The position numbers were made by a program, and so were the translations under genes. A DNA stretch of 45,962 bases from NCBI GenBank assembly GCA_027482505.1, contig JAIXVY010000199.1, positions 1-45,962 on the forward strand. Direction: 5' to 3'. This DNA is from Opitutaceae bacterium (GTDB lineage Bacteria > Verrucomicrobiota > Verrucomicrobiia > Opitutales > Opitutaceae). Below the pieces are notes generated by a model. That model saw nothing but the letters and a program-made list of their open reading frames with translations. It was not told where the DNA came from and made no database searches. Each line of letters begins with the position of its first letter. Position 1 is the first letter of the stretch. Shown in pieces: positions 28,679-37,399 of this stretch.

Positions 28679-30184
28679 ATGCCATCCTCCGCTAAGACCA
28701 AACTCGCCGGCCACGCCGCCCACACCCAAGACGCCGCCGCCCAGGGCCTGCCCGGCCAGATGCTGCGCCCCATCAAGCTCACCATGCTCGGCGCGGGCTC
28801 GGGCTTCACGCCCCGCCTCGTCAACGACGTGCTCCGCATACCCGGCAATCAGGGCGGCGTAATCGCGTTGGTGGACATCGATCTGGCGCGTCTGCGCACC
28901 ATGCACAAGTTGATCGCCAAGCTGATTTCCAAGCTCGGCCAGGAAAAGCGCTGGAAAGTCGTCTCCTCCCCCAATCGCGAGCAGGTGCTGAAGGGCAGCG
29001 ACTACATCGTGAACTGCATCGAGGTGAGTGGCGTCGAGTGCGTGAAGCACGACAACGACATCCCGCTCAAATACGGCATCGACCAGTGCATCGGCGACAC
29101 CATCGGTCCCGGCGGCCTCTTGAAGTCGCTCCGCACCATCCCGGTGTTTCTCGCCGTCCTGCGCGACTGCGAGCGCCTTTGTCCGGACGCCCTCGTGCTC
29201 AACTACACCAACCCGATGGCCATGATGTGCACCGCGGCCGGCCGCGTCTCCCCGATGCGGGTCGTGGGCCTCTGCCATAGTGTGCAAGGCACCAGCCACC
29301 TCCTCGCGAAATACGCCGGCGTGCCTTATGAGGAACTGGATTGGCAGTGCGCCGGCATCAACCACCTCGCTTGGTTCACCACCCTCGAGCACAAGGGCGT
29401 CAATCTCTACACCGACCGCCTCTACAAGAAGTTCACCGCCGACCTCGCCGCCGCCGAGCGCGAACGCAAGGCCGGCCTCACATGCTACGACAACGCCGAC
29501 GTGAAGGACTGGGGCCGAGGCGACACGCCGCCGCTCACCTACAAGGAGACCGACCTCATCCGCAAAGACATGTGCCTGCACTTCGGCGCCTTTATCACCG
29601 AGAGCTCCGGCCACCTGTCCGAGTATCTGCCCTACTACCGCAAGAGCGAAGCCGGCCGCAACCTGCTGCGCCAGGGCTACGACGGTGGCTCGCGTTTCTA
29701 CTCCACCAACTGGCCCGGATGGCGACGTCGCGCCGACAACTACCGCCTCGCCCTGCTCAAGGGCGCCGAGCCGCTCGATTGGAAACGCTCGTGGGAATAC
29801 GCCTCCTGGATCATCGAGGCGCGCGAGAAGGACAGCCCCTTCCGCATTCACGGCAACGTGATGAACAACCACGGCGGCGCCGGCCAGCTCATCACCAACC
29901 TCCCATCCGACGCCTGTGTCGAGGTCGCCTGCCTAATCGACGGCAACGGGGTAAACCCCACCCGCTACGGTGCCCTGCCGCGCCACATGGCCAACCTCTG
30001 CGCGACCAATCTCGGCATGTTCGACCTCGGCGCCGAGGCCGCGATTCATCGCAGCAAGGAGGCCGCCATCCACGCGCTCATGCTCGATCCGCTCACCGCG
30101 GCGGTATGCACGCCGGCGCAGATCAAGGCCATGACGCTTGAGCTCTTCGCGGCGGAGAAAGCCTACCTGCCCGACTACCGCTGA
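28679..30184 (+). CDS. GH4 NAD+-dependent glycosidase (alpha-galactosidase/MelA-like)
   Basis: LGAGSGFT, ALVDID, IGDTIGPGG, LNYTNP, VGLCHS, AGINH, TESSGHLSEYLPYY. No signal peptide. Confidence 0.92.
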   Translation: MPSSAKTKLAGHAAHTQDAAAQGLPGQMLRPIKLTMLGAGSGFTPRLVNDVLRIPGNQGGVIALVDIDLARLRTMHKLIAKLISKLGQEKRWKVVSSPNREQVLKGSDYIVNCIEVSGVECVKHDNDIPLKYGIDQCIGDTIGPGGLLKSLRTIPVFLAVLRDCERLCPDALVLNYTNPMAMMCTAAGRVSPMRVVGLCHSVQGTSHLLAKYAGVPYEELDWQCAGINHLAWFTTLEHKGVNLYTDRLYKKFTADLAAAERERKAGLTCYDNADVKDWGRGDTPPLTYKETDLIRKDMCLHFGAFITESSGHLSEYLPYYRKSEAGRNLLRQGYDGGSRFYSTNWPGWRRRADNYRLALLKGAEPLDWKRSWEYASWIIEAREKDSPFRIHGNVMNNHGGAGQLITNLPSDACVEVACLIDGNGVNPTRYGALPRHMANLCATNLGMFDLGAEAAIHRSKEAAIHALMLDPLTAAVCTPAQIKAMTLELFAAEKAYLPDYR

Positions 30185-30248
30185 GCCGACCGGCATCTAG
30201 CCCGACCACGGCGGCGCCATCCTCCAAGGCTATCCCAACGCAATAACC

Positions 30249-31784
30249 ATGCTCCCGCGGCTCGCCCTGATGTTGTTGCTCCTTGGCGGAGCGCTTCTGT
30301 TTGCCGAGGACGGCTCCGCGTTTCGCGTCCATGGACTCTTCAGCAATCATATGGTGTTGCAGCGCGGCAAGGAGATCGTGGTCGCCGGTTTTGGCGGACC
30401 CGCCGGCGAGACTGTGACGGCGGAGATCGCCGGCCACCGAGGCAGCGGCAAGATCACGGCGGAGGGGTGGCGCGTGGTGCTGCCTGAACTACCCGCCGGC
30501 GGCCCGCACCGCCTGGTTATCGATGGCCCTTCGCGGATCGTGTTCGATGATGTGTTAGTGGGCGACGTATGGCTGGCGAGCGGCCAGTCCAACATGCACC
30601 TGCGATTGCGCTCCGTGCCGGACTACACCGCCGCCCCAGAAAAGTTCACCAACTCGCAGGTGCGCTTCATCCGACTGGGCGAACGCCCGACGCTCAAGCC
30701 GTCCGCCGACATCGAACGCGCCAAGGAGTTCGCGCGCGGCTGGGTTGAGGGCGCGCCCGGCCAAGCCAGGGAAATCAGCGCGGTAGGCTGGGTCTTCGCG
30801 GATCGCCTTCAGCGCGAGTTCGGCGTGCCGGTTGGGCTCATCCACGCCGCCCATGGCGCCACCCGCAACGAAGCCTGGATGCCCGAGCACGCGGTGCGCG
30901 CGGTGTCGGAAGACGAGAAGCTGCTCGCCAAGGCCACCGACGCGAAAAACCCGTGGATTTTCTACAACGGCCTGATCGCGCCTCTCATCGCTCTCCCGCT
31001 CAAGGGTTTTATCTGGTATCAAGGCGAGGCCAACGGCCACGCCCCGTTCCGATATGAGGCCGCCTTGCGCGGTCTGATTCGTTCCTGGCGCGAGGCCTGG
31101 CGCGACGACTCGCTTCCGTTCTACCTGGTCCAATTGCCATCCTACCCGTTCACAACGGATCGCACGGGCGAGTCGTGGGCCTGGATTCGGGAAGCCCAGG
31201 CCAAGGTCGCTGCCTCCGAACCGAAAACCGCCTTGGCGGTCACCCTCGATTTGGGCGAATTCGATGACATCCATCCCTTGCAAAAAGCGGAGGTGGGCCG
31301 ACGTCTGGCGGTGGTCGCCATCGCCGACCTTCGGGGCGAGCGTGCGCAGGCGGAAGGCCCCGCGCTGGCTCAGGCCACCTTCGAGGCCGGCCGGGCCGTG
31401 CTGACTTTCGCCAACACGCGCGGCGGTTTGCAGGCGAAGCGGGTGGTCATGAATCGCCAAAAGGGCTTGGCGCCGCAAACCGACCCCGAGGCCCTGCGCG
31501 CGGAAGAGGGGGTGTTGTTGGGCTTTTCCCTCGCCGGAGCGGATGGCAACTATCACGCGGCCGAGGCCGAGATTCGAGGCGATCAGGTCATCGTGCGAAG
31601 CGCCCACGTCGCCAGGCCCGAGTCGGTTCGCTACGGCTGGGCTAACTTCAGTCTGGGCAACCTCGCCAACGGGGCGGGCTTTTTCGCTTCTCCGTTCAGG
31701 ACGGATTCCGCCCCCATGCCCGACGCTCTCAAGCAAACGCCCTATTGGGCTCGAGCCAAGGCCATCACACCCGCGGGGGATTGA
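30249..31784 (+). CDS. Sialate O-acetylesterase-family (SASA/SGNH) carbohydrate esterase
   Basis: Signal peptide. FSNHMVLQR, VGDVWLASGQSNM, IWYQGEAN, PFYLVQLP, DIHP. Confidence 0.92.
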   Translation: MLPRLALMLLLLGGALLFAEDGSAFRVHGLFSNHMVLQRGKEIVVAGFGGPAGETVTAEIAGHRGSGKITAEGWRVVLPELPAGGPHRLVIDGPSRIVFDDVLVGDVWLASGQSNMHLRLRSVPDYTAAPEKFTNSQVRFIRLGERPTLKPSADIERAKEFARGWVEGAPGQAREISAVGWVFADRLQREFGVPVGLIHAAHGATRNEAWMPEHAVRAVSEDEKLLAKATDAKNPWIFYNGLIAPLIALPLKGFIWYQGEANGHAPFRYEAALRGLIRSWREAWRDDSLPFYLVQLPSYPFTTDRTGESWAWIREAQAKVAASEPKTALAVTLDLGEFDDIHPLQKAEVGRRLAVVAIADLRGERAQAEGPALAQATFEAGRAVLTFANTRGGLQAKRVVMNRQKGLAPQTDPEALRAEEGVLLGFSLAGADGNYHAAEAEIRGDQVIVRSAHVARPESVRYGWANFSLGNLANGAGFFASPFRTDSAPMPDALKQTPYWARAKAITPAGD

Positions 31785-32144
31785 CGCGCCGCCCACCCAC
31801 GCCCGAGGTCCCCGCCAAATCCAGAAAGTCATGATTCGCTCGGCGGTGAAGCTCATGTTCCTCGTGCGGAAGCTAGCGGTGTCCGGGACAGAAACCAATT
31901 TCACAGGTATTGTTCGGCGCGCTTTGCACAGCAGGCCGCTGCCGCGCCAAGCCTTGGCTTTTCCCAAGGATGTTCTTCTCGGGCCGTCATCACGTTCGGT
32001 TGGCGTTACTCTGTTTCAGCCCGGAAAAACTGCTGTCAGCGCCACGGGCGCAATCGACGCCCCCGCCTTCGCTCTCAAAACGCTCACGCCTGGCGGCGCC
32101 ATCGTCGTCGGCTCGTTAGTCCCCTAAAATCACTCGATCCCACT

Positions 32145-35117
32145 GTGACAATACGAACCATATCTCGTTCCGCGGTTCTCTTATTCTCGATATTGCTAGG
32201 TGCACAGCTTCCTTCGCGCGCCGTAGATCTCGAAGCGGGTTTTGCCAACCCGTCAGGCGACGCCAAACCGCTCGTTTGGTGGCACTGGATAAACGGAAAC
32301 GTCACCAAGGAAGGGATACGCGCCGACCTCGAGGACATGAAGCGCGTGGGGATCGGCGGCGCGCAAATCCTCGATTGCGCGATCTACTTGCCGAAGGGGC
32401 CCGTGCGCTACGGCACCGACTCCTGGCATGAACATATTCAGTATGCGCTTAAAACCGCGGCCGAGCTCGGCCTCGAAATCTCCGTCGCCAACAGCGCGGG
32501 ATGGTCCGGCAGCGGCGGCCCTTGGATCAAGCCGGAGCAGGGCATGAAGGTTGTTGTCTGGAGCGAAACGGAAACTCGGGGCGGCAAGATATCCCTCGAT
32601 GTCCCGAAGCCCAAAACGAAACTCGCCAACTATTGGGATCTGGCCGTCCTCGCGGTGCCAAAGACATCGGAGCGACTCCAGAAGCTGCCCCAAAAAATCT
32701 TCTCACAACCCCTGCCCACGGTTCGCCCGCCCTTGTCTGATACGCCTGGCATACCGTTGAGCCAGGTTCTCAACCTCTCGGAAAAAATGGATGAGCAGGG
32801 ACGCCTGTCCGCCACCCTGCCTGAGGGCGAATGGGTTGTCCTGCGTTTTGGATACACGCCCACCGGCTCCACGGTTCACCCGGCGCAGCCGGAGGGCTAC
32901 GGCTTCGAGGCCAACAAGCTCGACGTAGACACGGTCACCTACCAATTCGAGCAGTCGCTCGGCCGCATCATCCGCGAGGCCGGACCGCTTGCCGGGACCA
33001 CGCTCAAGGGCGTGCTCTACGACAGCTTCGAAGCCGGCATGCAAAACTGGACGGAAAAATTCCCCGCCGACTTCACCGCGCTCAAAGGCTACGATTTCAT
33101 CCCTTGGCTGCCTTTGCTTACCGGACGTATCCTCGGCTCCCAAAATCAGGCCGAGGCCGTGTTGTGGGATTTTCGCGACGCGCTGGACCACCTCTTTACC
33201 GAAAATTATTTCGGCACGATTCGACGGCTGGCCGCGGCGCGCGGGCTCCAGGTTTACTCCGAGTCGCAGGGCGGCCCCCTGAACCCGGTCACGAATAATC
33301 GCCACGTGGACGTGCCGATGAACGAGTTTTGGATGCAAGGCGTCGAAGGTCGCGCCAAGAGCATCAAGCTCACCGTATCCGCCGCGGCGTTTTACGGCCG
33401 TCCGATCGTCGGCGCCGAGTCGTTCACCGCCAAACCCGAGGACGGAAAATTCCAGGCCATACCCTCCACGCTCAAGAAGCCCGGCGACTATGCTTTCTCG
33501 CTGGGCGTGAATCGCTTCATTTTCCATCACTACACTCATCAGCCTGTCACTGCGGCCGCGCCCGGCTTCTCGCTTGGCCGCTACGGCACTCACTTTGGCC
33601 GTCTCAACACTTGGTGGCCCTACGCCGATGCGTGGATAAGTTACTTGTCGCGCAGCCAGTTTCTGCTCCAGCAAGGTCGTATCGTCGCCGACATAGGAAT
33701 CCTCGTCGATGAAGACATGGGTTACCGTATGCCAGGCCGAGAGGACCAACTGCCGCCGGGCTACGATTTCCTCGCGTTTATCCCGTCGCAGCTCGCCGAG
33801 ATGTCCGTGCGCGACGGTCGTGTCGTTCATCCCCAAGGCCCGAGCTTCGCGCTCCTGCAATTTCCCGAGGTCTGGCCCGCGCGCGTCGAGACGCTGCGCG
33901 AACTTAAGCGTCTGGTTTTTTCCGGGGCGATCATCCTGGGCAGGCCGCCCATCGCGCCAGCCGGTCTAGCGGATCTCAAAGACAAACCCGAGTTCGACGC
34001 GCTGATCGCCGAACTGTGGGGCGACCTCGACGGCAAAGCCAGGAAGAGCAGGAAATTCGGCGCCGGTTCCGTGAACCGAGGTTTTTCCCCTGAAGCCGTG
34101 CTTGAGCGGCACATGCTGCCTCCTGACGTCTCCTGGGGCGATGCGAGCGCGGATTTTAAATTCATCCACCGCACTGCGCCCGAGGGCGAAGTGTATTTTG
34201 TTTTTAACAACTCTGAAAAATCCACCCTCGGCGAAATCAAGTTCCGCCAGTCTGGCCGGCGTCCGGAGATATGGGACGCCACCACGGGAATCCGCGCCGA
34301 CGCTCCAATCTACTCGGCCACCAAGGACAGTGTGACCGTCTCCATCCAGTTCGAGCCCTGGGGCTCTGTTTTTGTCATCTTTCGCAAGGCGCTGCCGGAG
34401 CGCTGGGTGAGCGCCGCGCCCGGCGCTAATCTTGAGCTCAAGAACGGCACGATGCTCTTTGGCGGCGCGGCGCAGACTGTCGCGTATTCCGACGGCACTA
34501 CACGGACCTTCACGGCGCCGATTTTGAGTGCGCCGACCGCCATCGCCGGCCCATGGGCGGTCGATTTCACCGAAGGTCGAGGCGCTCCCGCGTCGGCGAC
34601 TTTCGCCCAGTTGAGCTCGTGGAGCGATAGTGCCGACGTCGGCATCAAACACTACTCGGGCACTGCTTTGTATCGCACCCGCTTCCAATCCGAGTCCGCC
34701 AAGGAGGGGCGGCGAGCCATCCTGGACCTCGGCCAGGTCGCCGACATCGCCCGCGTTTTCATAAATGGACAATCCGTGGGCGTGCTCTGGCGTCCACCCT
34801 TCCGCGTCGACGTCACCAGGCTCCTGCGCGACGGTGAAAACACGCTCGAAGTCAGCATCGCCAATCGTTGGATCAACCGACTCATCGGCGACGAAGCGAT
34901 CCCGGTGGACTACGCGTATCAACCGGAAGGCGTGAGCAAGTTTACCGACGGGCACCTCTTGTCACTTCCCGACTGGCTCTACGACCCTGCGAAACTGTCC
35001 ACGCGCAAGCGCCACAGTTTCTTCGTTTGGAAGCATTACGACGCCAATTCGCCGCTCGTTCCTTCCGGCCTGCTGGGTCCGGTCCGCATCGAGTGGCAGG
35101 CAACGATCACCCTATAA
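32145..35117 (+). CDS. GH106 alpha-L-rhamnosidase-like glycoside hydrolase
   Basis: Signal peptide. KPLVWWHWINGNVTKEGIRADLEDMKRVGIGG, GWSGSGGPW, YDSFEAG, PMNEFW, AESFT, LLQQGR, C-terminal LDLGQV...PPFRVD...PSGLLGPV. Confidence 0.88.
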   Translation: MTIRTISRSAVLLFSILLGAQLPSRAVDLEAGFANPSGDAKPLVWWHWINGNVTKEGIRADLEDMKRVGIGGAQILDCAIYLPKGPVRYGTDSWHEHIQYALKTAAELGLEISVANSAGWSGSGGPWIKPEQGMKVVVWSETETRGGKISLDVPKPKTKLANYWDLAVLAVPKTSERLQKLPQKIFSQPLPTVRPPLSDTPGIPLSQVLNLSEKMDEQGRLSATLPEGEWVVLRFGYTPTGSTVHPAQPEGYGFEANKLDVDTVTYQFEQSLGRIIREAGPLAGTTLKGVLYDSFEAGMQNWTEKFPADFTALKGYDFIPWLPLLTGRILGSQNQAEAVLWDFRDALDHLFTENYFGTIRRLAAARGLQVYSESQGGPLNPVTNNRHVDVPMNEFWMQGVEGRAKSIKLTVSAAAFYGRPIVGAESFTAKPEDGKFQAIPSTLKKPGDYAFSLGVNRFIFHHYTHQPVTAAAPGFSLGRYGTHFGRLNTWWPYADAWISYLSRSQFLLQQGRIVADIGILVDEDMGYRMPGREDQLPPGYDFLAFIPSQLAEMSVRDGRVVHPQGPSFALLQFPEVWPARVETLRELKRLVFSGAIILGRPPIAPAGLADLKDKPEFDALIAELWGDLDGKARKSRKFGAGSVNRGFSPEAVLERHMLPPDVSWGDASADFKFIHRTAPEGEVYFVFNNSEKSTLGEIKFRQSGRRPEIWDATTGIRADAPIYSATKDSVTVSIQFEPWGSVFVIFRKALPERWVSAAPGANLELKNGTMLFGGAAQTVAYSDGTTRTFTAPILSAPTAIAGPWAVDFTEGRGAPASATFAQLSSWSDSADVGIKHYSGTALYRTRFQSESAKEGRRAILDLGQVADIARVFINGQSVGVLWRPPFRVDVTRLLRDGENTLEVSIANRWINRLIGDEAIPVDYAYQPEGVSKFTDGHLLSLPDWLYDPAKLSTRKRHSFFVWKHYDANSPLVPSGLLGPVRIEWQATITL

Positions 35118-35609
35118 CCGAATTTGTAATCCTGCGTTCGGCCGGGACGACTTAGCCCGTGACCGGCTTCGTATGGCCCAATTTTTCCTGTATGGCCTTG
35201 GGTCCACTCCTCGGCGTCGCCTTCCGCGTCCAACCCCCAAAGATTAAAGCGCTGGCCCGCGCACGATAGTTGAACGACGGCGAGCTGTTGGAAAAGCAAA
35301 CCCGACACTACATGCCTCTATGCGACAGCGGCGGCCACTGCGCTATCCCGTTTTTTGCGTGCGCATGCACAGGGAACTCAACGATCCTGATGTTCGGTCT
35401 GAAGATCATCACTAAACGATGAGCGCACTACGCAGCCTGCATGCACTTCACATCGGTGGATTCTTGACGATGCTAGATGGTTTTAAGGCCCTGAAACTGC
35501 TTCGGCTACATCTTGTCGCATCTTGGGGTAAGATGCCCTCGATCCACTTTAATCTACTTGGACGCCGCATACTCGTTTCCTTCGTCAGCCGCGTTTCCGG
35601 CTTTGAGGT

Positions 35610-35631
35610 TTCTACTCCCGTCCCGGGCACT
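35610..35631 (+). repeat. Degenerate direct repeat of the tRNA-Leu 3' end (candidate attR)
   Basis: 18/22 identity to 6193-6214, with the last 10 nt (CCCGGGCACT) identical. Confidence 0.55.
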
Positions 35632-35710
35632 ATCTTCAGAGGCGCGTGACAGGTTCGATTTTAACGGACGCTTCGTTTCCGGGCCCCGTAGATTAATTCT
35701 ACCTGACGCG

Positions 35711-35748
35711 AAAAAACAAAAACGGCCGCTCTTGCGGAGCGGCCGTTT
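35711..35748 (-). terminator. Intrinsic terminator of the PEP-CTERM gene 35771-36487
   Basis: AAACGGCCGCTC-TTGCG-GAGCGGCCGTTT stem-loop. The A-run on its left reads as a U-tract on the minus strand. Confidence 0.85.
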
Positions 35749-35770
35749 GCATCGCGAGGAGGCGTTGTTG

Positions 35771-36487
35771 TTAGCGACGCTTGCGGCGCAGTCCCACCGC
35801 GAGGCCCGCCGCGGCCAGGCCCACGAGGGCCGAGTAGGTGGAGGGCTCGGGAATGGGCGCGCCGACGGTCACCGCGACGCTGCCCAGGCTGCCGTTGGCG
35901 GCGTTGGCGTTCAGGCCTGAAACGGAGAAGCCCAGTTGCAGTATTTTGCCTTGATGGGCGGAGAGATCGGCGGCGAGGTTGAAGGTCGAGCCGGAGATCA
36001 GGTTGGCGGTTTGATAAACATCCAAAGAATAGCTGTTGGAGGGATTAAGCACCTTGATGAAAGCGACGGCGCTATAACCACCAGCCAAGGTGTAGCTGTC
36101 GATCGTGCCGGCGAAGCTGGCGGACGCGGTGTTGATGGAAGCAGTCTCCACAAACGTATTCGCCTCCATGAACTTGTTTCCGAAGAGACCGTTTCTCCAG
36201 AAGCCGTCGTTGTTATCGGCGTAGGTGTTGAAATTCGGCTCCAGAACCAGCTTGTCGCCAAGATAGGTGCCGGTGTTGGACACGGCCACCGTGGTCTTGA
36301 GATCGGCCAAGCCCCAGGGGTTGCCAAAAATGTAGCCGCCGGGAGCGCCGGCGTTGTTATCAAACACATTCATATAGCCCACCCAGCCTTCCGCGCGGGC
36401 GGTCGAGGCAAATAGGCCGAGGGCGGTTGTCAGTGCGAGCAGGACGGACTTCTTGGTCATGGTGGTTGGGGTTTTGGGATTTTTCAT
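35771..36487 (-). CDS. Small PEP-CTERM surface protein
   Basis: Signal peptide ending ARA/EG. C-terminal IPEPSTYSALVGLAAAGLAVGLRRKRR. Start 36487 or 36460. Confidence 0.9.
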   Translation of the reverse strand: MKNPKTPTTMTKKSVLLALTTALGLFASTARAEGWVGYMNVFDNNAGAPGGYIFGNPWGLADLKTTVAVSNTGTYLGDKLVLEPNFNTYADNNDGFWRNGLFGNKFMEANTFVETASINTASASFAGTIDSYTLAGGYSAVAFIKVLNPSNSYSLDVYQTANLISGSTFNLAADLSAHQGKILQLGFSVSGLNANAANGSLGSVAVTVGAPIPEPSTYSALVGLAAAGLAVGLRRKRR

Positions 36488-36533
36488 TTCCGACTCTTTT
36501 TTGCTTTAAAAATGCCGGGATTGGTTTCTTTTT

Positions 36534-36551
36534 GTTACATAGAATTGCATT
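36534..36551 (-). promoter_or_regulatory. GCAA-N5-TGYAAC motif, site A
   Basis: Minus strand AATGCAATTCTATGTAAC, directly after TTGACG and upstream of the PEP-CTERM gene. Matches sites B and C. Confidence 0.45.
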
Positions 36552-36619
36552 CGTCAAGCGTATTGACATAGCTGTCCTTTCCCCCGGTTCGAGAGCTTGG
36601 CCCTTTCTTTAACGACCCC

Positions 36620-37354
36620 ATGAAAACCCACCCTCGGGCGACCTCGCGCGCCTTCACGTTGATCGAGTTGCTCACCGTCATCGCCATCATCGGGATCCTT
36701 GCCGCGATCATCATCCCCACCGTCGCGAGCGTCCGTCAGACGGCCCAGGCCTCGGTCTGCCTTTCCAATGTCCGCCAGATCGCCCTGGCCGCCACGATCT
36801 ACGCCAACGACAACCGTGGACGTCTGCCCGACGCGGGCGCGGGCACGGATCCTCTCTGGGCGCGCACGTTGGCCACCTACATCAACGTGCCCGCCTCGCA
36901 AAAGGCCTCCATCTTCGTGTGTCCGGGCACCTCGATCCCGGTCGAGGAAACCACCAATCCCTACGGACCCACCAATCCCACCGGGGACATCGTGCTCACT
37001 TACGGCATGCACGCGGGCCTGATGCCGCGCGGACAGACCGCCCTGCTCGTCAATCAGGTGAAGCGCCCGAGCGAGGTCATTCTCGTGGCCGACATGTGCC
37101 AGGACCCCAACAACAAGGGCTGGACGCCCAACTCGATCGAGCAGCCTTCCATCTTCGCCTCCCAGAGCGGAGGCCGCGGCGGCTCGGCCAACCTGGAGGA
37201 CTTCATCAGCACCGCCACCGACGACGACACTGGCAACAATCGCTGGATGCGCTATCGTCACAAGAGCCGCGTGAACGTCGGCATGGTCGACGGGCGCGCC
37301 GTCTCCTTTGCCAAGGGCCAGGTGAAAAATCGCAACGTGATCATCGGCGAATAA
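36620..37354 (+). CDS. Prepilin-type N-terminal cleavage/methylation protein with H-X9-DG motif
   Basis: [56 protein letters not shown] (H-X9-DG). Confidence 0.92.
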   Translation: MKTHPRATSRAFTLIELLTVIAIIGILAAIIIPTVASVRQTAQASVCLSNVRQIALAATIYANDNRGRLPDAGAGTDPLWARTLATYINVPASQKASIFVCPGTSIPVEETTNPYGPTNPTGDIVLTYGMHAGLMPRGQTALLVNQVKRPSEVILVADMCQDPNNKGWTPNSIEQPSIFASQSGGRGGSANLEDFISTATDDDTGNNRWMRYRHKSRVNVGMVDGRAVSFAKGQVKNRNVIIGE

Positions 37355-37399
37355 TTCCCCGCCGCTTCCCCCTTCCCCCGAAACGCCCCCTTTACCCCG

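Larger units (their letters stand above)
6193..35631. mobile_element. Candidate tRNA-Leu-anchored genomic island (~29.4 kb); no intact integrase seen
   Basis: tRNA 3' end 6193-6214 TTCGACCCCCACCCCGGGCACT vs 35610-35631 TTCTACTCCCGTCCCGGGCACT (18/22, same orientation). AT-richer DNA with no recognisable gene lies just inside both ends. Confidence 0.55.

Noticed and set aside
31831-32127. 98-codon plus-strand ORF between SASA and GH106
   Set aside because: No recognisable motif and atypical codon usage. It could be a gene fragment, but I cannot support that.
36563-36568. Perfect TTGACA upstream of the pilin gene as a sigma70 promoter
   Set aside because: No credible -10 element at 16-18 nt spacing.
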